Positions 1 through 12,939 of a DNA stretch of 64,000 nt are shown piece by piece. The position numbers and the translations under genes are program-made. The DNA comes from Octopus bimaculoides (taxonomy: Eukaryota): NCBI RefSeq assembly GCF_001194135.2, contig NC_068983.1, positions 163,925,968-163,989,967 on the forward strand. The letters are read 5' to 3'. The notes under the pieces were generated by a model, which made no database searches, was not told the origin of the DNA, and saw nothing but the letters and a program-made list of their open reading frames with translations. How positions within the stretch are numbered: position 1 is the stretch's first letter; each line of letters opens with the position of its first letter.

Positions 1-264
1 GGATTTGGAAGAGTAAGGGTTTGTTTGTGTGAAATTTTGTTTTAGGCTGGGAAAACTGGGAGGTTCTAACGACTCAAATCATAAAGAACATCCACTGGAG
101 ATGACCCCAAATCTGGACAATTTTCCCTAAAGGAAGACAACGATCACGTTGCAAAAGGGTGTGCCAGTGGTCCATGAAAATCGTTTCTTGATTATCCGTG
201 AAGCGTGTGAAGCGTGTGAAGCGCAGGTTTCTATAAACGTTCTTGTCACAGTTTTAAAATGAAA

Positions 265-800
265 ATGAAGATGTGTTATGTTACCGCAAGATTTGTGCCT
301 CGTCTCTTGACAGATGAGCAAGAAAAGAACGAGTCACAGCCAATCGCTGTTCAAATGTTGATGAAAATATTTTGAAAAGTGTCACACCCATTGACGAAAC
401 ACAAAAATAAGCAGTCGTTTTGTGTTTAAAGCATCGTTGCTATGATACACAGACGCTATGATACACAGAATCACTCAAGCATGAAAGACAGAGTTCAGTG
501 ATTACCATCTCCGATTGGAAGGGCCGTGTATATCGGTAATTTCTTCTGCGTAGTTACACGATCAACTAAGTGTTGAGGCAGAGCGAAGGAAGAGGCCTGA
601 AACATCGGCCCAAACCCCTAGATGCTCTACCCCGACAACGTGCCTACTCACACATCACTTCTCATCAGTAACTATTTGGTAAAGCACGAGAAAACTCGTA
701 CCTCCTCTCAGCCACCCTATTCTTAGGATTTGGCCACTGTACACATTTTTGTTTTCCAAATTGAAATCCAACACAAGAACTGCCCACTTTTAATTGAAAA
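265..800 (+). mobile_element. Degenerate mariner transposase remnant
   Basis: Broken frames give ARFVPRLLTDEQ (WVPHEL-like linker), TPIDET (first D), LYPDNVPTHTSLLISNYLVKH (second D) and QPPYS*DLA (YSPDLAP motif). Confidence 0.8.
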
Positions 801-1067
801 CGCATTCTAAGCCGTCTTCTTGTTGGGAGCGATTTATCAAGAGTAAAGAGAACATATGTAACAGAGATAAATGTTCGTTTTGTTCTTTAAAATGCTTTTT
901 TTCTTTTTGGGGCGGATCTTGTAATATGTTTGAGACAGTAATATATTTATAAATGTTGCCGGATATAGGAGACCGAAAGAGTAATAATAACAATTCGTTC
1001 GGAAAATATGTCTTTTATATTTATGCAAAACTCTTTCTTAACATAATCAACATATTCTATCATTTAA

Positions 1068-1283
1068 GGCGGCGAGCTGGCAGAAACGTTAGCACGCCGG
1101 GCAAAATACTTACAGGTATTTCGTCTGTCTTTATGTTCTGAGTTCAAATTCCGCTGAGGTCGACTTTGCATTTCATTCTTTCGGAGTCGATAAATTAAGT
1201 ACCAGTTGCGTACTGGGGCCGATCTAATCGACTGACCCCCTCCCCATAAAAAGTTCGGGTCTTGTGCCTAGAATAGAAGAGAA
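1068..1283 (+). mobile_element. SINE family C copy
   Basis: GGCGAGCTGGCAGAAACGTTAGC head, GAGTTCAAATTCC B-box-like motif, GGTCGACTTTGC..TTCATTCTTTCGGAGTCGATAAATTAAGTACC core; many copies in the window. Confidence 0.85.
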
Positions 1284-1859
1284 AACATCAGTCGAACAGA
1301 TAATATTATCTTAATGGGACTTATGTCTTTCCATATGAATTGTTCAGTGTCCTTTGTAAGACTGTTGGGTATGATTTTAGGCAGATTTAGTCGCTATTTC
1401 TTGTAGGTCGAGCGGCTGCGTCGAAGTTTCAACGTTTGGCTTGTATCGTTTAATTAAAATAGTCCATACTTGTGGATTAGAAAAACTAATAAATTAAGTT
1501 TTGCAGTGAGGAGAATATAATAATGCTGAATGAATAATGTTATCTTAAACGGATACGGAAACAAACCAAAGCACATTGTGCTGTTTCTGGTTTAATGTTT
1601 CCTTCTCCTCGAGTTCTTTTAATTTTATTGTTATTTTTCGTGCAGATGACATCTCTGAGTAATTTACCCTCCGTCGTTAACTTACAAGACCGACTGTCAA
1701 ATAATTTAGCAGAAACACTCTCGTAACGCCGTTCCCTGATTTGGGGTCAAGACTTCTCAAGAAATTCATCTTACGAGACTCAATAAAAAAAAAAAAGGAA
1801 CAAATAATAGAACATAAGAAGGAATTCGATAAAAGTGATTTAACCAACCCCAAAACATT

Positions 1860-2070
1860 TTTTCTACTTAGGCACAAGGCCCGGAATTTTGGGGGAAGGG
1901 ACCAGTCGATTAGATCGACCCCAGTACGCAAAAGGTACTTAATTTATTGATCCCAAAAGGATAAAAAGCAAAGTCGACCTCGGCGGAGTTTGAACTCAGG
2001 ACGTAAAGACAGACGAGATACTGCTAAGAACTTCGTCCGGCGAGCTAACAATTCTGCCAGCTCGCCGCCT
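1860..2070 (-). mobile_element. SINE family C copy
   Basis: Reverse complement matches 1068-1283 along its length. Confidence 0.85.
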
Positions 2071-2109
2071 TCCAACCAAAGAATAATATTATTAAACTAG
2101 AGATGGGAA

Positions 2110-2290
2110 TATTGCCAGACTAAAATCGTGTAGTATTTAGTTTAGTTCCGGTACTCTCTGAGTTCAAATACAAATAAAGTCAACTTCGCCTTTTATTCCT
2201 TGATAGATTGATAAAATAAACATCAGCTCTGTAACATACAAGATTCGATCGACTATATTTTTCACACAATAGCTTGGCCTTGTGCCTAAA
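2110..2290 (+). mobile_element. Degenerate SINE family C copy
   Basis: ctgagttcaaat, gtcaacttcgcctttt, gataaaataa and ggccttgtgcctaaa motifs in family order. Confidence 0.5.
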
Positions 2291-2703
2291 CACACACACA
2301 CACACACACACATGGAAATCAATATTCGTCCATTGTTGTCCTTTTACGCAATCGCTTAACACGTTTTCAATCAGTTGCCGTGATAATTCTGAGAAAATGC
2401 TTTAAAAGTTTGTGATAATACTCCATGTTTAAACTATTATCATTTTTCAATTATCTTCAGTTTTCAAGAATCTACAATGAAATGTCTGCTAAAAATCAAA
2501 AGAGATATCGGCTACATTTTTCCTGACATTTTTCTGTCGTCTTTCCTCTTTATCTGGTCAATCTTTTTGCCATTTCACATTGATTTCTTTCAATACAGTT
2601 TCTTTGGATTCGTCTGAGAGCGTCTGAAAGTAAGAAGAATCTATCACTTCTAGTCACCATTGTGCAATTTTAATCACATTTTCTTCTCATCTCTCCCTCT
2701 CAC

Positions 2704-2772
<69 letters not shown>
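2704..2772. repeat. (TATC)n microsatellite
   Basis: Direct reading. Confidence 0.97.
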
Positions 2773-3804
2773 ACTGTCTGTCTTCCATCCTCTTTTTCAT
2801 TTCTCCATGTTTATTTGTTACTATCTCACAATCTCTATTTATGTCTCATTCAATATCTATCTAAGCACACACACATATGCAATATAAAGACAATATGTAT
2901 TAAAAAACACTACAAAATTTGACAGTTTTAGCATTACTTTAACATTTCAATTATAAGCGAGAGTGTCTTAACGTTTCAGGCGTTAGTACTTCACCCGAAG
3001 AAACGAAAGTGGGAAAAAGAAATAGTGAAAGACAGAAAAAAAAAGAGATTAAGATTTAGAAATCTATAGGGAATGCTATCTTGTAGTGTGAGTTAAGATT
3101 CGAGGAAAGGGCAGGTGTGTAAATTCAAGCATTATTTCCGTTTTTGTAGCGAAATATTACTTTCGTAGGATCGATTTTTATCGACTACGTTCCTTATCTC
3201 AAAATTGTTGATTGGAAAAACTATTCTCACCATTTTATGTTTTAGTATTTATAAATTCTTTTCTATGTTTAAAGGATGTTTAATGCCACTAAGGTTAAAG
3301 ATATGATCAAGTAACTACATCTGCACCTTCATACAACATAAGCTTTATTACAGCGATTCATTGACTCTACATGACAAATATCTGACACAAGTTTCTCTCC
3401 CAGTTCTCAGAATCGAGTGGTTCACAAGAGAAAGAGAATCCAGTTTGTAAAAATAAAAACAAAAACTCGTTTTTCAGGAACACTGTGCAGGAGCTCACAT
3501 TTTTATAAACCAAGGGACGAATGGAAAAGAGAATGTAAAAAAAGATAAAGGAAAATAATTGTAAAGTGTTAACTTCCTTTTATTCTGCCACTTATGTATT
3601 CCAACAAAAGCATTCATCTTGCTGCATATATGTTCAATAGAATAAACCACCCCAACAAACATAAATACATCCAATGATCAAAGATTTAATATGAGGTATC
3701 TTTGGTGAAGCTTCGTATTGAGGGGCCACTGTGAGTAATTCTATATTAACTGTGAGACTTTAGTCGACCTCATCATCATACTAAATCTGACTCTTAGTAT
3801 ATAG

Positions 3805-4156
3805 TATCCATGAGGAGACCCCGTTCTGTCATAAATGACCATGGGATTGCACCTAGAAAGTTACCCTCCGAGGCACAAGTCCGGGCAAGGTTGTTTGTGG
3901 AAGGCCAGGAGTCACCCATGCATACCAGCCTCCCTCCCCTCTCCACACCACTGATGTTATCCAAGGGAAAGGAAAAGGGGCCGATACAGCTTGGCACCAG
4001 TGATGTCGCAACTCATTTCTACAACTGAATAAATTGGAGCAACGTGAAATAAAGTGTCTTGCTCAAGAACACAACACGAAGCCCGGTCCGGGAATCGAAC
4101 TCACAACCTCGCGATCGTAAGTTCGACGCTGTAACCACTGAACCATGCGCCTCCAC
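3805..4156 (-). mobile_element. SINE family D (tRNA-like head, distinct tail)
   Basis: Minus strand GTGGAGGCGCATGGTTCAGTGGTT...GAGTTCGATTCCC (A/B boxes), then GTGTTCTTGAGCAAGACACTTTATTTCAC and a tail ending GGTGCAATCCCATGGTCATT. Confidence 0.8.
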
Positions 4157-4699
4157 ATAGTATCGCCACGTAATTAAATGCTCCGTTATTCTTAAACTAG
4201 TTTTATAACAATAAACTTGTTTAACACATGCACACACTCAAACACAAATACACACACACACAAATACAAACATACGCGCATACACACACATACACACATA
4301 CGTGCACACACATATATAAACGACGTCAGTAGTCCTGTTATCTAATATGAGAACCTTTATGCTAAAATTACAGACATAGGCCTTTCCTCATCACAATTCC
4401 TCCTTTGACATCAAGAATATGCAATTGTATGGACAGATCAATATTCCATCACATAAGGCGTAGCTATTCCTGTTATCAGAGAATTACGATCGTTTTCGCC
4501 TATCTTGTAACATCTGTGCCATCCTTTGCGAAGAAACTACGACAGTAACGGTGTTTCATTGTCACTGGCGCATGCTATTCCCCAGTCACCAGAACGGAAT
4601 GTTTGATGCTTATTTGTAGTTCTGTGAAGTTCGAGTTTCGGCTTAAACATGAAAACAGGGTGAAAAATTACCAACTCGTCAAATTCTATACATACAAAT

Positions 4700-5089
4700 G
4701 TTGTTGTTGTTGGCACTCTGTCGCTTACGACGTCGAGGGTTCCAGTTGATCCGAACAACGGAACAGCCTGCTCGTGAAATTAACGTGCAACTGGCTGAGC
4801 ACTCCACAGACACGTGTACCCTTAACGTAGTTCTCGGGGATATTCAGCGTGACACAGTGTGACAAGGCTAACCCTTTGCATTACAGGCACAACAGAAACA
4901 GGCAGTAAGAGTGAGAGAAAGTTGTGGTGAAAGAGTACAGCAGTGTTCGCCACCATCCCTTGCCGGATCCTCGGGGAGCTTTATGTGTTTTCGCTCAATA
5001 AACACTCACAACGCCCGGTCTGGGAATCGAAACCGCGATCCTATGACCGCGCGTCCGCTGCACTAACCACTGGGCCATTGCGCCTCCAC
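4700..5089 (-). mobile_element. SINE family A, full length with (CAA)n tail
   Basis: Minus strand GTGGAGGCGCAATGGCCCAGTGGTTAG...GTTTCGATTCCCAG head; matches 46304-46630 and 60106-60456. Confidence 0.9.
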
Positions 5090-5260
5090 ACATACAAATA
5101 TTTGTGTAACATTAGTAACACTCTCTGTATGTCTGAGGCTGTTGAAATAGCAACAAGCAAAAACTGGTAAGATAACCAGAGATTAGAAAACACCGCAAGT
5201 TACAAGTGGAGATTACGCTTTCCTGTGTGCATTTTCGTAAATATCGTAAATATATAAATG

Positions 5261-5277
5261 CACACACACACACACAC

Positions 5278-5359
<82 letters not shown>

Positions 5360-5371
5360 ACACACACACAT
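5261..5371. repeat. (CA)n microsatellite
   Basis: Direct reading. Confidence 0.97.
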
Positions 5372-6496
5372 CGTTATTTAGATGGGCATTAACGTTTTTG
5401 TATTCATCCGCACTTTCACGGCTTCCTTTTTATCTCATAAGGTAAGAGAAAAATCTTCCTTTATCTCCTAGAAAGTAAATCTGGTGTTGTTCTGGTTTTG
5501 TCCTTGATGGTACCACTATGTATATGTTGTACTGGTTGGTATGTTTATCTGTAGACAGTCTTTGGTTATCAGATCTTTGGTTACATACCCCCACCACATA
5601 CCTTTCTCTATGCCGTTGTTGGATCTGAAGAAAGAGGATGCTTCAAAATGCAGTCATGTATATTTTATGATTATAAGCATGTTACAACCTACTTTAAAAC
5701 TGCACCACTCCAAAGATAAGAAAATAAAAGGAATTTATAAATAGATAGGAAAAAATTGATAAAAACTATCTCCTTCGCATATTCCATTTGTTACAAATGA
5801 GATAAGTTAACTTTTAACTTAGATTTGTATGATATTTGTTTACCACTTGTAACGAGTGTGTCTGATGTCAGAAAACAGTGAATGCTTTGAGAGAAAAACA
5901 AGATAGAGAGAAAATACAGGGCGGAATCTTTCAAGCAGAAGTGTTTTTTGTGTTATTGATATGATACATGACTGAACATACTGCGAATTAGAAAAAAAAA
6001 ACCCCCAAAAAACAAAAACAAGAAAAACAAGAAAAGAAATAAAAATCTATGAGAATTCGAAGCAAATATAAGAATTACGACAATGAGAGAGAAAATTATG
6101 CAAAAGAAAAACTGGAATAAAGGTGTTAGCGAAAAGGTAAAAAAAAAAGTTCGTTTGAATGACATGCAGGTCTGTAGTATAGAAGCTGAAAGTAACATGA
6201 AGTGATGTGAATATAATGGTGACAATATGCACATGATAACATAAAATAAATTTAAAACACAAGTCTTGATTTTCTTTTTTTTTTATTTATTTTATTCCAG
6301 AGAACTTTTTATAAAACCAAAGCAGCAGAGTTTTCTTTGGTAAAAAAAAAGAAGAGGAAGAAAAAAAGGATAGAAGATTGTCATGTTTTGCATGACTTAA
6401 AACTATTTGTAACTGAATGAGTCCATGCAAATATGTTGGTGATAGTGAATGAGATACTGTGGGTGGACTCTTCCTCCCATTCCAAGTACTGCAACA

Positions 6497-6694
6497 TACA
6501 CACACATGCACACACATGCACACACACACACGCATACGCACAAACGCGCATGCGTATGTTTATATACATATATATATATATATACACACACATATATAAA
6601 TGTAGATATACATGTGTGTGTGTATATATTTGTATATATATATATATATATATGTGCATATATAGGTATACATAATGGCATATCATATATCTAT

Positions 6695-6729
<35 letters not shown>

Positions 6730-6922
6730 CGTACATATATATATACACACACATATGTGCATATGATATATTTATATATATGTGTGTGCGTGTGCGTATA
6801 TGGCATGCATATATGTATGTAAGTCCATTAGTGCGGCGGCTGGTGTTTTTCTTCTGAAAACATATGCTGGAATATGTATATACATATATGCATACATACA
6901 TATGTAAACTACACATATATTT

Positions 6923-6963
<41 letters not shown>
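6497..6963. repeat. Compound (CA)/(TA)/(TG) microsatellite mosaic
   Basis: Direct reading; runs into an N-gap. Confidence 0.9.
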
Positions 6964-7779
6964 NNNNNNNNNNNNNNNNNNNNNNNNNNNNNNNNNNNNN
7001 NNNNNNNNNNNNNNNNNNNNNNNNNNNNNNNNNNNNNNNNNNNNNNNNNNNNNNNNNNNNNNNNNNNNNNNNNNNNNNNNNNNNNNNNNNNNNNNNNNNN
7101 NNNNNNNNNNNNNNNNNNNNNNNNNNNNNNNNNNNNNNNNNNNNNNNNNNNNNNNNNNNNNNNNNNNNNNNNNNNNNNNNNNNNNNNNNNNNNNNNNNNN
7201 NNNNNNNNNNNNNNNNNNNNNNNNNNNNNNNNNNNNNNNNNNNNNNNNNNNNNNNNNNNNNNNNNNNNNNNNNNNNNNNNNNNNNNNNNNNNNNNNNNNN
7301 NNNNNNNNNNNNNNNNNNNNNNNNNNNNNNNNNNNNNNNNNNNNNNNNNNNNNNNNNNNNNNNNNNNNNNNNNNNNNNNNNNNNNNNNNNNNNNNNNNNN
7401 NNNNNNNNNNNNNNNNNNNNNNNNNNNNNNNNNNNNNNNNNNNNNNNNNNNNNNNNNNNNNNNNNNNNNNNNNNNNNNNNNNNNNNNNNNNNNNNNNNNN
7501 NNNNNNNNNNNNNNNNNNNNNNNNNNNNNNNNNNNNNNNNNNNNNNNNNNNNNNNNNNNNNNNNNNNNNNNNNNNNNNNNNNNNNNNNNNNNNNNNNNNN
7601 NNNNNNNNNNNNNNNNNNNNNNNNNNNNNNNNNNNNNNNNNNNNNNNNNNNNNNNNNNNNNNNNNNNNNNNNNNNNNNNNNNNNNNNNNNNNNNNNNNNN
7701 NNNNNNNNNNNNNNNNNNNNNNNNNNNNNNNNNNNNNNNNNNNTATATATATATATATATATATATGCATATACATATA

Positions 7780-7885
7780 TATCCACAAAAACACGAAAAC
7801 AAAAGACGAACACAGGTAGTGTAGACAACAAATAGATCTATTAGGAGAGAGGAACACAGAATGAAACAAGGAGAGAAAATAAAGA
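7780..7885 (-). mobile_element. Element E copy with internal deletion (hammerhead part missing)
   Basis: aaaagacgaacacaggtagtgtagacaacaaatagatctattag and aacaaggagagaaa match both flanks of 9323-9492, but the middle is absent. Confidence 0.5.
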
Positions 7886-8124
7886 ATTTGTAGTGACTAG
7901 CGATCTATCATATATATTATATATACATGTATACATATATATGCTTGTATACATACATACATACATACATACATAAATACACAGACACACATATATAAAC
8001 ACGTGTGTTATAGTATCTATGTAGCATATATAGTGATGTTTACCTTGAGGCTGTATGTTATCTATTACATTGTTCGTAGCATTATTCTTCTTTTCTCTTC
8101 TTGCGACAATAATAATAAATACTA

Positions 8125-8245
8125 ACAATAATAATAATAATAACTTTTGTCAAAAGGGCAGCTTGGGGAAGGTGGGTATGAGTCGATTACATCGACCCCA
8201 CTGCTCTACTGGTACTTATTTTATCGACCCCCGAATCGTTAGCAT
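8125..8245 (-). mobile_element. Partial SINE family C copy with (ATT)n tail
   Basis: gagtcgattacatcgacccc...ctggtacttattttatcgaccccc. Confidence 0.55.
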
Positions 8246-9322
8246 GCTGGACAAAACGCATATTGTTTAAATATGTCTATGTATTACTATTATCTCCATA
8301 TCCCGCTTCTGATTCATGACTTAAAAGTAATAGATAGTATGTATATCTTTCAAGATATTCCATATGTAAGTGCCTGGAACAGTCTTTATAGACACCACCT
8401 AATAATTAATTAATTAATTACAAGAATCGCTATTATACTGATTCTACATAATCTTCCTTTTTAGTATTTTTAATGTTTATAATTGATATATACACACCTT
8501 TTAGCAATTTTGGTTATGATATCATTTTGGAATTCTTAAATTTTATTTCATATAACATAACAATATTGTTTATAAACTTTCCCCCGATCGTGCCCCAAAT
8601 AAATTTTCCCTGTATTAGCATCTTAGGTTTCTTAGCGTCTTGCCCCTTTAACTGGTAATTAACATCATAATTTAAAGTCTACCCCTACCCTGCTTCTTTA
8701 TCACAGGCAGTTAATTCTATCAAATTAACTCTTCCTAATGTTTCATTTCCTTTCTCTTGGAGAAAAGGGATAACCATGATAATATTTATGACCACACCTA
8801 GCCATGAGCTGTCAACTCACTTTTGTTCTTTATTCAAAATAGACGGTCTTCAAGTCTCAGATTTAATAGATGATAAAGAGATAAATAAATTAGAAATGAA
8901 TTGCAACCCCTGCAACCCTATGACCCCCCACTATGCTCCATGCGATTCTAAGAAATTGTAATGTATTCTTAGCCACTCTACCACAATAGCGACAACAGGA
9001 ATTTCTTCCATCTTCTTACTCTGTTAAAATATTTAAGAAAAATTATATTAATGTGTCCTACTTGTTAATAAAATTCTATATTTTGTGCGACTAAAGGTAG
9101 CACTGCATTTAAATTGCATTAATGATTGCATTGTTCAATTAAATTGAGTCGCTTGAAACAGTCGTACTGCACCACTACTTGATATTCTGTTGCTTATTTT
9201 GATTTTATTCACCTTACTTCGAGGTGTGCAGATAATACCGGACTGACTTGGTGCTTCAACTTAAGTACCTAATTCAACTTAATTTTAATTATTTCTTGAT
9301 ATATATATATATATATATTTAT

Positions 9323-9492
9323 AGGAGAATTTACGAAATAAACAACAGACGAAGACAGGTGGTGTAAAGAACAAATGGATGTATTAGTATAACGCTCGGG
9401 AATAGAGAAAGTCTTTAACGTTTCGAGCCTACGCTCTTCAACAGAAAGAAACACAGAAATAAACAAGGAGAGAAACAAGGAGAGAACAAAAT
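9323..9492 (-). mobile_element. Element E (non-autonomous, ends in (TA)n, carries a hammerhead-like fold)
   Basis: Colinear with 49101-49263 (-) and 61305-61470 (+). Confidence 0.8.
9412..9449 (-). ncRNA. Minimal type I hammerhead-ribozyme-like motif, variant core
   Basis: Minus strand UCUUU-CUGUUGA-A-GAGC(GUAG)GCUC-GAAAC-GUU-AAAGA: 5-bp stem I, 4-bp stem II, loop-less palindromic ACGU stem III. Activity untested. Confidence 0.55.
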
Positions 9493-9600
9493 GATAAAAA
9501 TAATAATGGAGGTTTACATAAGTGAAAACGTTCAACAGCTTCAGACGTCGTGGTGTATTGCGGCGATTTCTTATCAGTGGATAGGTACAGCGTCTCCGCG

Positions 9601-9636
<36 letters not shown>

Positions 9637-11995
9637 ATATATATACATATATTCGCGCGGATTGGTGTTATTTCGGAAACAACAGACTTCTAAACGTATC
9701 GATTTCTACTTCTACTCTAGGAGCAGACGGAAAGTTTCGCTTTTAGACATTTTTTCTGAGGTCTTTTTCTTTCGTCTACTTTTTTCAATATGGCTTCTGG
9801 AGAAGAAAGACATGCCAATAACAAAGTGAATAATATTGAATATACATATGTTCTCCCAAAATAATGCAATAGTTTTTTAATACCCGAAAATTTCATATTT
9901 TATAAAAGCTACACAAAATTGTTTTTTTCTTATAATGACATAACACTCTTAATACACATTTTCATGTACGATAACTTGTACAATATTAACGATAGACGTA
10001 GGAAGTAACCTTTCTGTGCAAGTCAAAAGGAGGTTTCACACACGGAAGGAATCCGTTCAAAATGAATATGCATGGTAGTGCTCCGGTGCAAAAGCTTGTA
10101 CCTACTTGCCTGACGAATGTATGAAAAGGTGAACCACAAAGACTAACTTCTTCTTTGTAAAGCCGGGCGTGTTTTCCTGCGTTTTCAAAGGGAATAAAGG
10201 CTAGCGTAGACGATATCTGGTTTAATATATATTCTATTGATAGAATACACATTAGAGTAAACTGATGTGTGTCCAAATTTCCGAACTGAGAACAGAGCAA
10301 GAAAGAAGGCTGAAATGTTGCACCACACACAAGCTCATAGTTTTGTGTCTTAACACATGGGGGAAATATTGACCATTAGCTCAACTTTGTGGTACTGTTT
10401 GTGCAAGGAATGAGCTTCGAGATAGCATTAAACTTCCTGTAACTGAGTGAGGCATGCGTTTGAATAAAGGTTCTGATAACATCAGAACACAAAACAACTC
10501 AGGAGAGGATCTCCATTGTGGTTTCAGATAGACAAGTAATAAGTGTAGTGGGGCTGGACAGAAACCTTTTCTGTAACATAATAATGGGAGTTAGAGCTTT
10601 TTGAAGATTTTCTGTAAGACGACGAAAAAGAAAAATAAACAGAAGAAGAATACAATAGGAGGACAGCAATAACAAAAGCAAGTCTCAGGGGCTATTGGAT
10701 TCTAGAGTGGCACTAGTCTCAGTTCCGAGTAGAAGAAACCGCTTCGTCCTGATTGCCGGGAACCGATGACCAAAATCTCATGGAAAATATCAGTAATGTT
10801 TCTCCATTATACTTGATGAAGGAAGGATGGAGCGGGAGGATCCCCTGTAAAAAAGAATGAAAACAAAAAGGAAAGGGAAGAAGACATTATAGGATGTTTC
10901 TATTTTGCTATCATAAAAAAAAACCCAGCTAAAGGAAACGCTTGATGATGTTTGGAACGATGTGTGCCCCATCGATAGGAATATGTCATATGAAAGAATA
11001 CGGGTGGGCTTCAAAAATGGAGACAAAACAAATTTTGGTCCGAAGTGGCTTGTCGTATACCTGTCGATAATATACCAATTCTGCCTTGAACTATCGGTGG
11101 CTCACAGTCTTTGAAATAACAAACGAAGGATTGGAGTATCTTTTGAACAATGTATATGAAGACAAACGGAAAGATAACGTGTAGATTAAGGATAATAGAT
11201 TAGCAGTCTGTCGTATATAGAACATACACCAGACTGCTAATAAGAACAATTTCACAATGAACTCTTGATTCAGCTTAAAAATAGTAGGCCTGCATTGACG
11301 AGGTACCTCACAAAAGTATAGTGTCCGGTTACCCGACAAATTTATAGAGGAATTTATCTTTGTAGATCATATTTCCTCTTGGCACCCGTTATTCCAAATC
11401 TTCTAAACATTTCTTTTTATACTTTACCTTATAGGTTCTGATAAATCATTATTTCTTTTATCAAGTTCTTCTCATTAGATAAACGTCTTGCATTTTGAGA
11501 TGTTTCTGTTAGGTAGTTGATCATAAATTTGGGGATATTTTTTGGGTGCAGAACAGAAGTAGAATGGTGTGTCTTTCCTTGAATTCTAAAAACGTAAGGT
11601 CCCTTTCTTTGATGGTCAGTAATATTTGCACCAAATGAAGTAAAGGAAACCGTGAAATTATAATTGGAGCCTTTTATTTTCTGAAATTATAAACGTCGAC
11701 ATAATTCGTACCAAACACTAATTTGAATTCATCAAAATAAAATTGCAAAAGAGAATTTAACCCATCGCAGTTTAGAGTCTCACTTCTGAACCTCAAAGCG
11801 TTAGAGCAGGATTAATCTTTTTTATCCAATCTTCTCTCGTTTGACTGCAAGTCATGTCACAGGAGCGTCAAATTGTCTCTGATGTTGTCTTAAAATATTT
11901 CTCAAATTAAGCAAATCTTTTCTGTTCAGGATTTCTCGTAGCAGTCAATTCCTATCTCAATGTCTGCTGTTCTATATTCCTTCTATTTCGTCGCA

Positions 11996-12029
<34 letters not shown>

Positions 12030-12050
12030 TCTCTCTCTCTNNNNNNNNNN

Positions 12051-12117
<67 letters not shown>
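11996..12117. repeat. (CT)n microsatellite with 10-N gap
   Basis: Direct reading. Confidence 0.95.
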
Positions 12118-12726
12118 GTTTGTTGTCACTTATTATTAACCTCTTATACAACGTCTGTGTCCTTTCTTCATATCTCTTGATGGTCATTTTGACACTGCAG
12201 TCATCCTTCTCGTTCGTGCTTTATCATGCCGACTCTTCTTATCCGTCGGTTTCAACTTGAATGTCCTCTTTATTTCATATCTGTATTCTTCTCTCGTCCT
12301 TTGCTCGTATCGTCTCGTTCATATCTTTACTTGTTGCTTCAAGTCTTCGATTTCGTTCGATATTGGATCTTATTTAAATGTGAAATGAAAATGAAATTTG
12401 TTATGCAAAAATTTGCAGACGTCTTAAGAGATAATATAAAAATGAGACTAAAAAGAAAACATGGACGAGATACAATGCCTCCTTGTGCGGTAAATTTGTA
12501 ATACCATAATTAAGAGAAGCGTTAAAAGATAATAAAAGAGAAAAAGAAACTGAAACCCCTTTGTTCGTCTCTCAGTAGTTACTGCCCCGTCAAAGAAAAG
12601 ATGTTTACTTTGTTAAAAGGAAGCTGAAAATGTTGGGCTTGCATCAAAAAGTGAAAGCGTTTCTCAAGAAAATGAAATCATGAACTGAAAGGAAAATTTT
12701 TGATAATAATATTTTTTTTTAAATAG

Positions 12727-12884
12727 TCATTATTGTTGGAGTAAAGGATGGAGAACCAAAGTCTTTGAGTTGTGATGGCTCTAACCAGAGAGGGAACACC
12801 GATTTGACGCAAAACTTGATGGTTTCTATGTTTAGAACCGCATTGTCCCTACGGGGGACCTTATGTAAATTGTTACAGAGAAAG
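12727..12884 (+). CDS. Candidate upstream exon of the same gene (uncertain)
   Basis: T9-aaatAG| acceptor, 52 open codons (IIVGVKDGEPKSLSCDGSNQRGNTDLTQNLMVSMFRTALSLRGTLCKLLQRK) and AAG|GTAAAT donor in phase 0, compatible with the phase-0 acceptor at 28519. No homology support. Confidence 0.3.
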
Positions 12885-12939
12885 GTAAATTTTTAAGGGA
12901 TTCTTTCCAAAAAAAAATTATTAATTCTTATTCTTTTAA

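Noticed and set aside
8430-8800. Faint GIY-YIG (Penelope endonuclease)-like fragments here and at ~23800-23990 on the minus strand
   Set aside because: Only a few residues match across several stops; needs a profile-HMM search before calling.
10400-11760. Possible decayed LINE on the minus strand
   Set aside because: No frame gave a motif I could name with confidence.
12226-12501. 91-aa ORF with a GCG|GTAAAT phase-0 donor at 12490
   Set aside because: No signal-peptide or domain likeness; the composition looks like pyrimidine-rich UTR or promoter. Cannot be excluded without RNA data.
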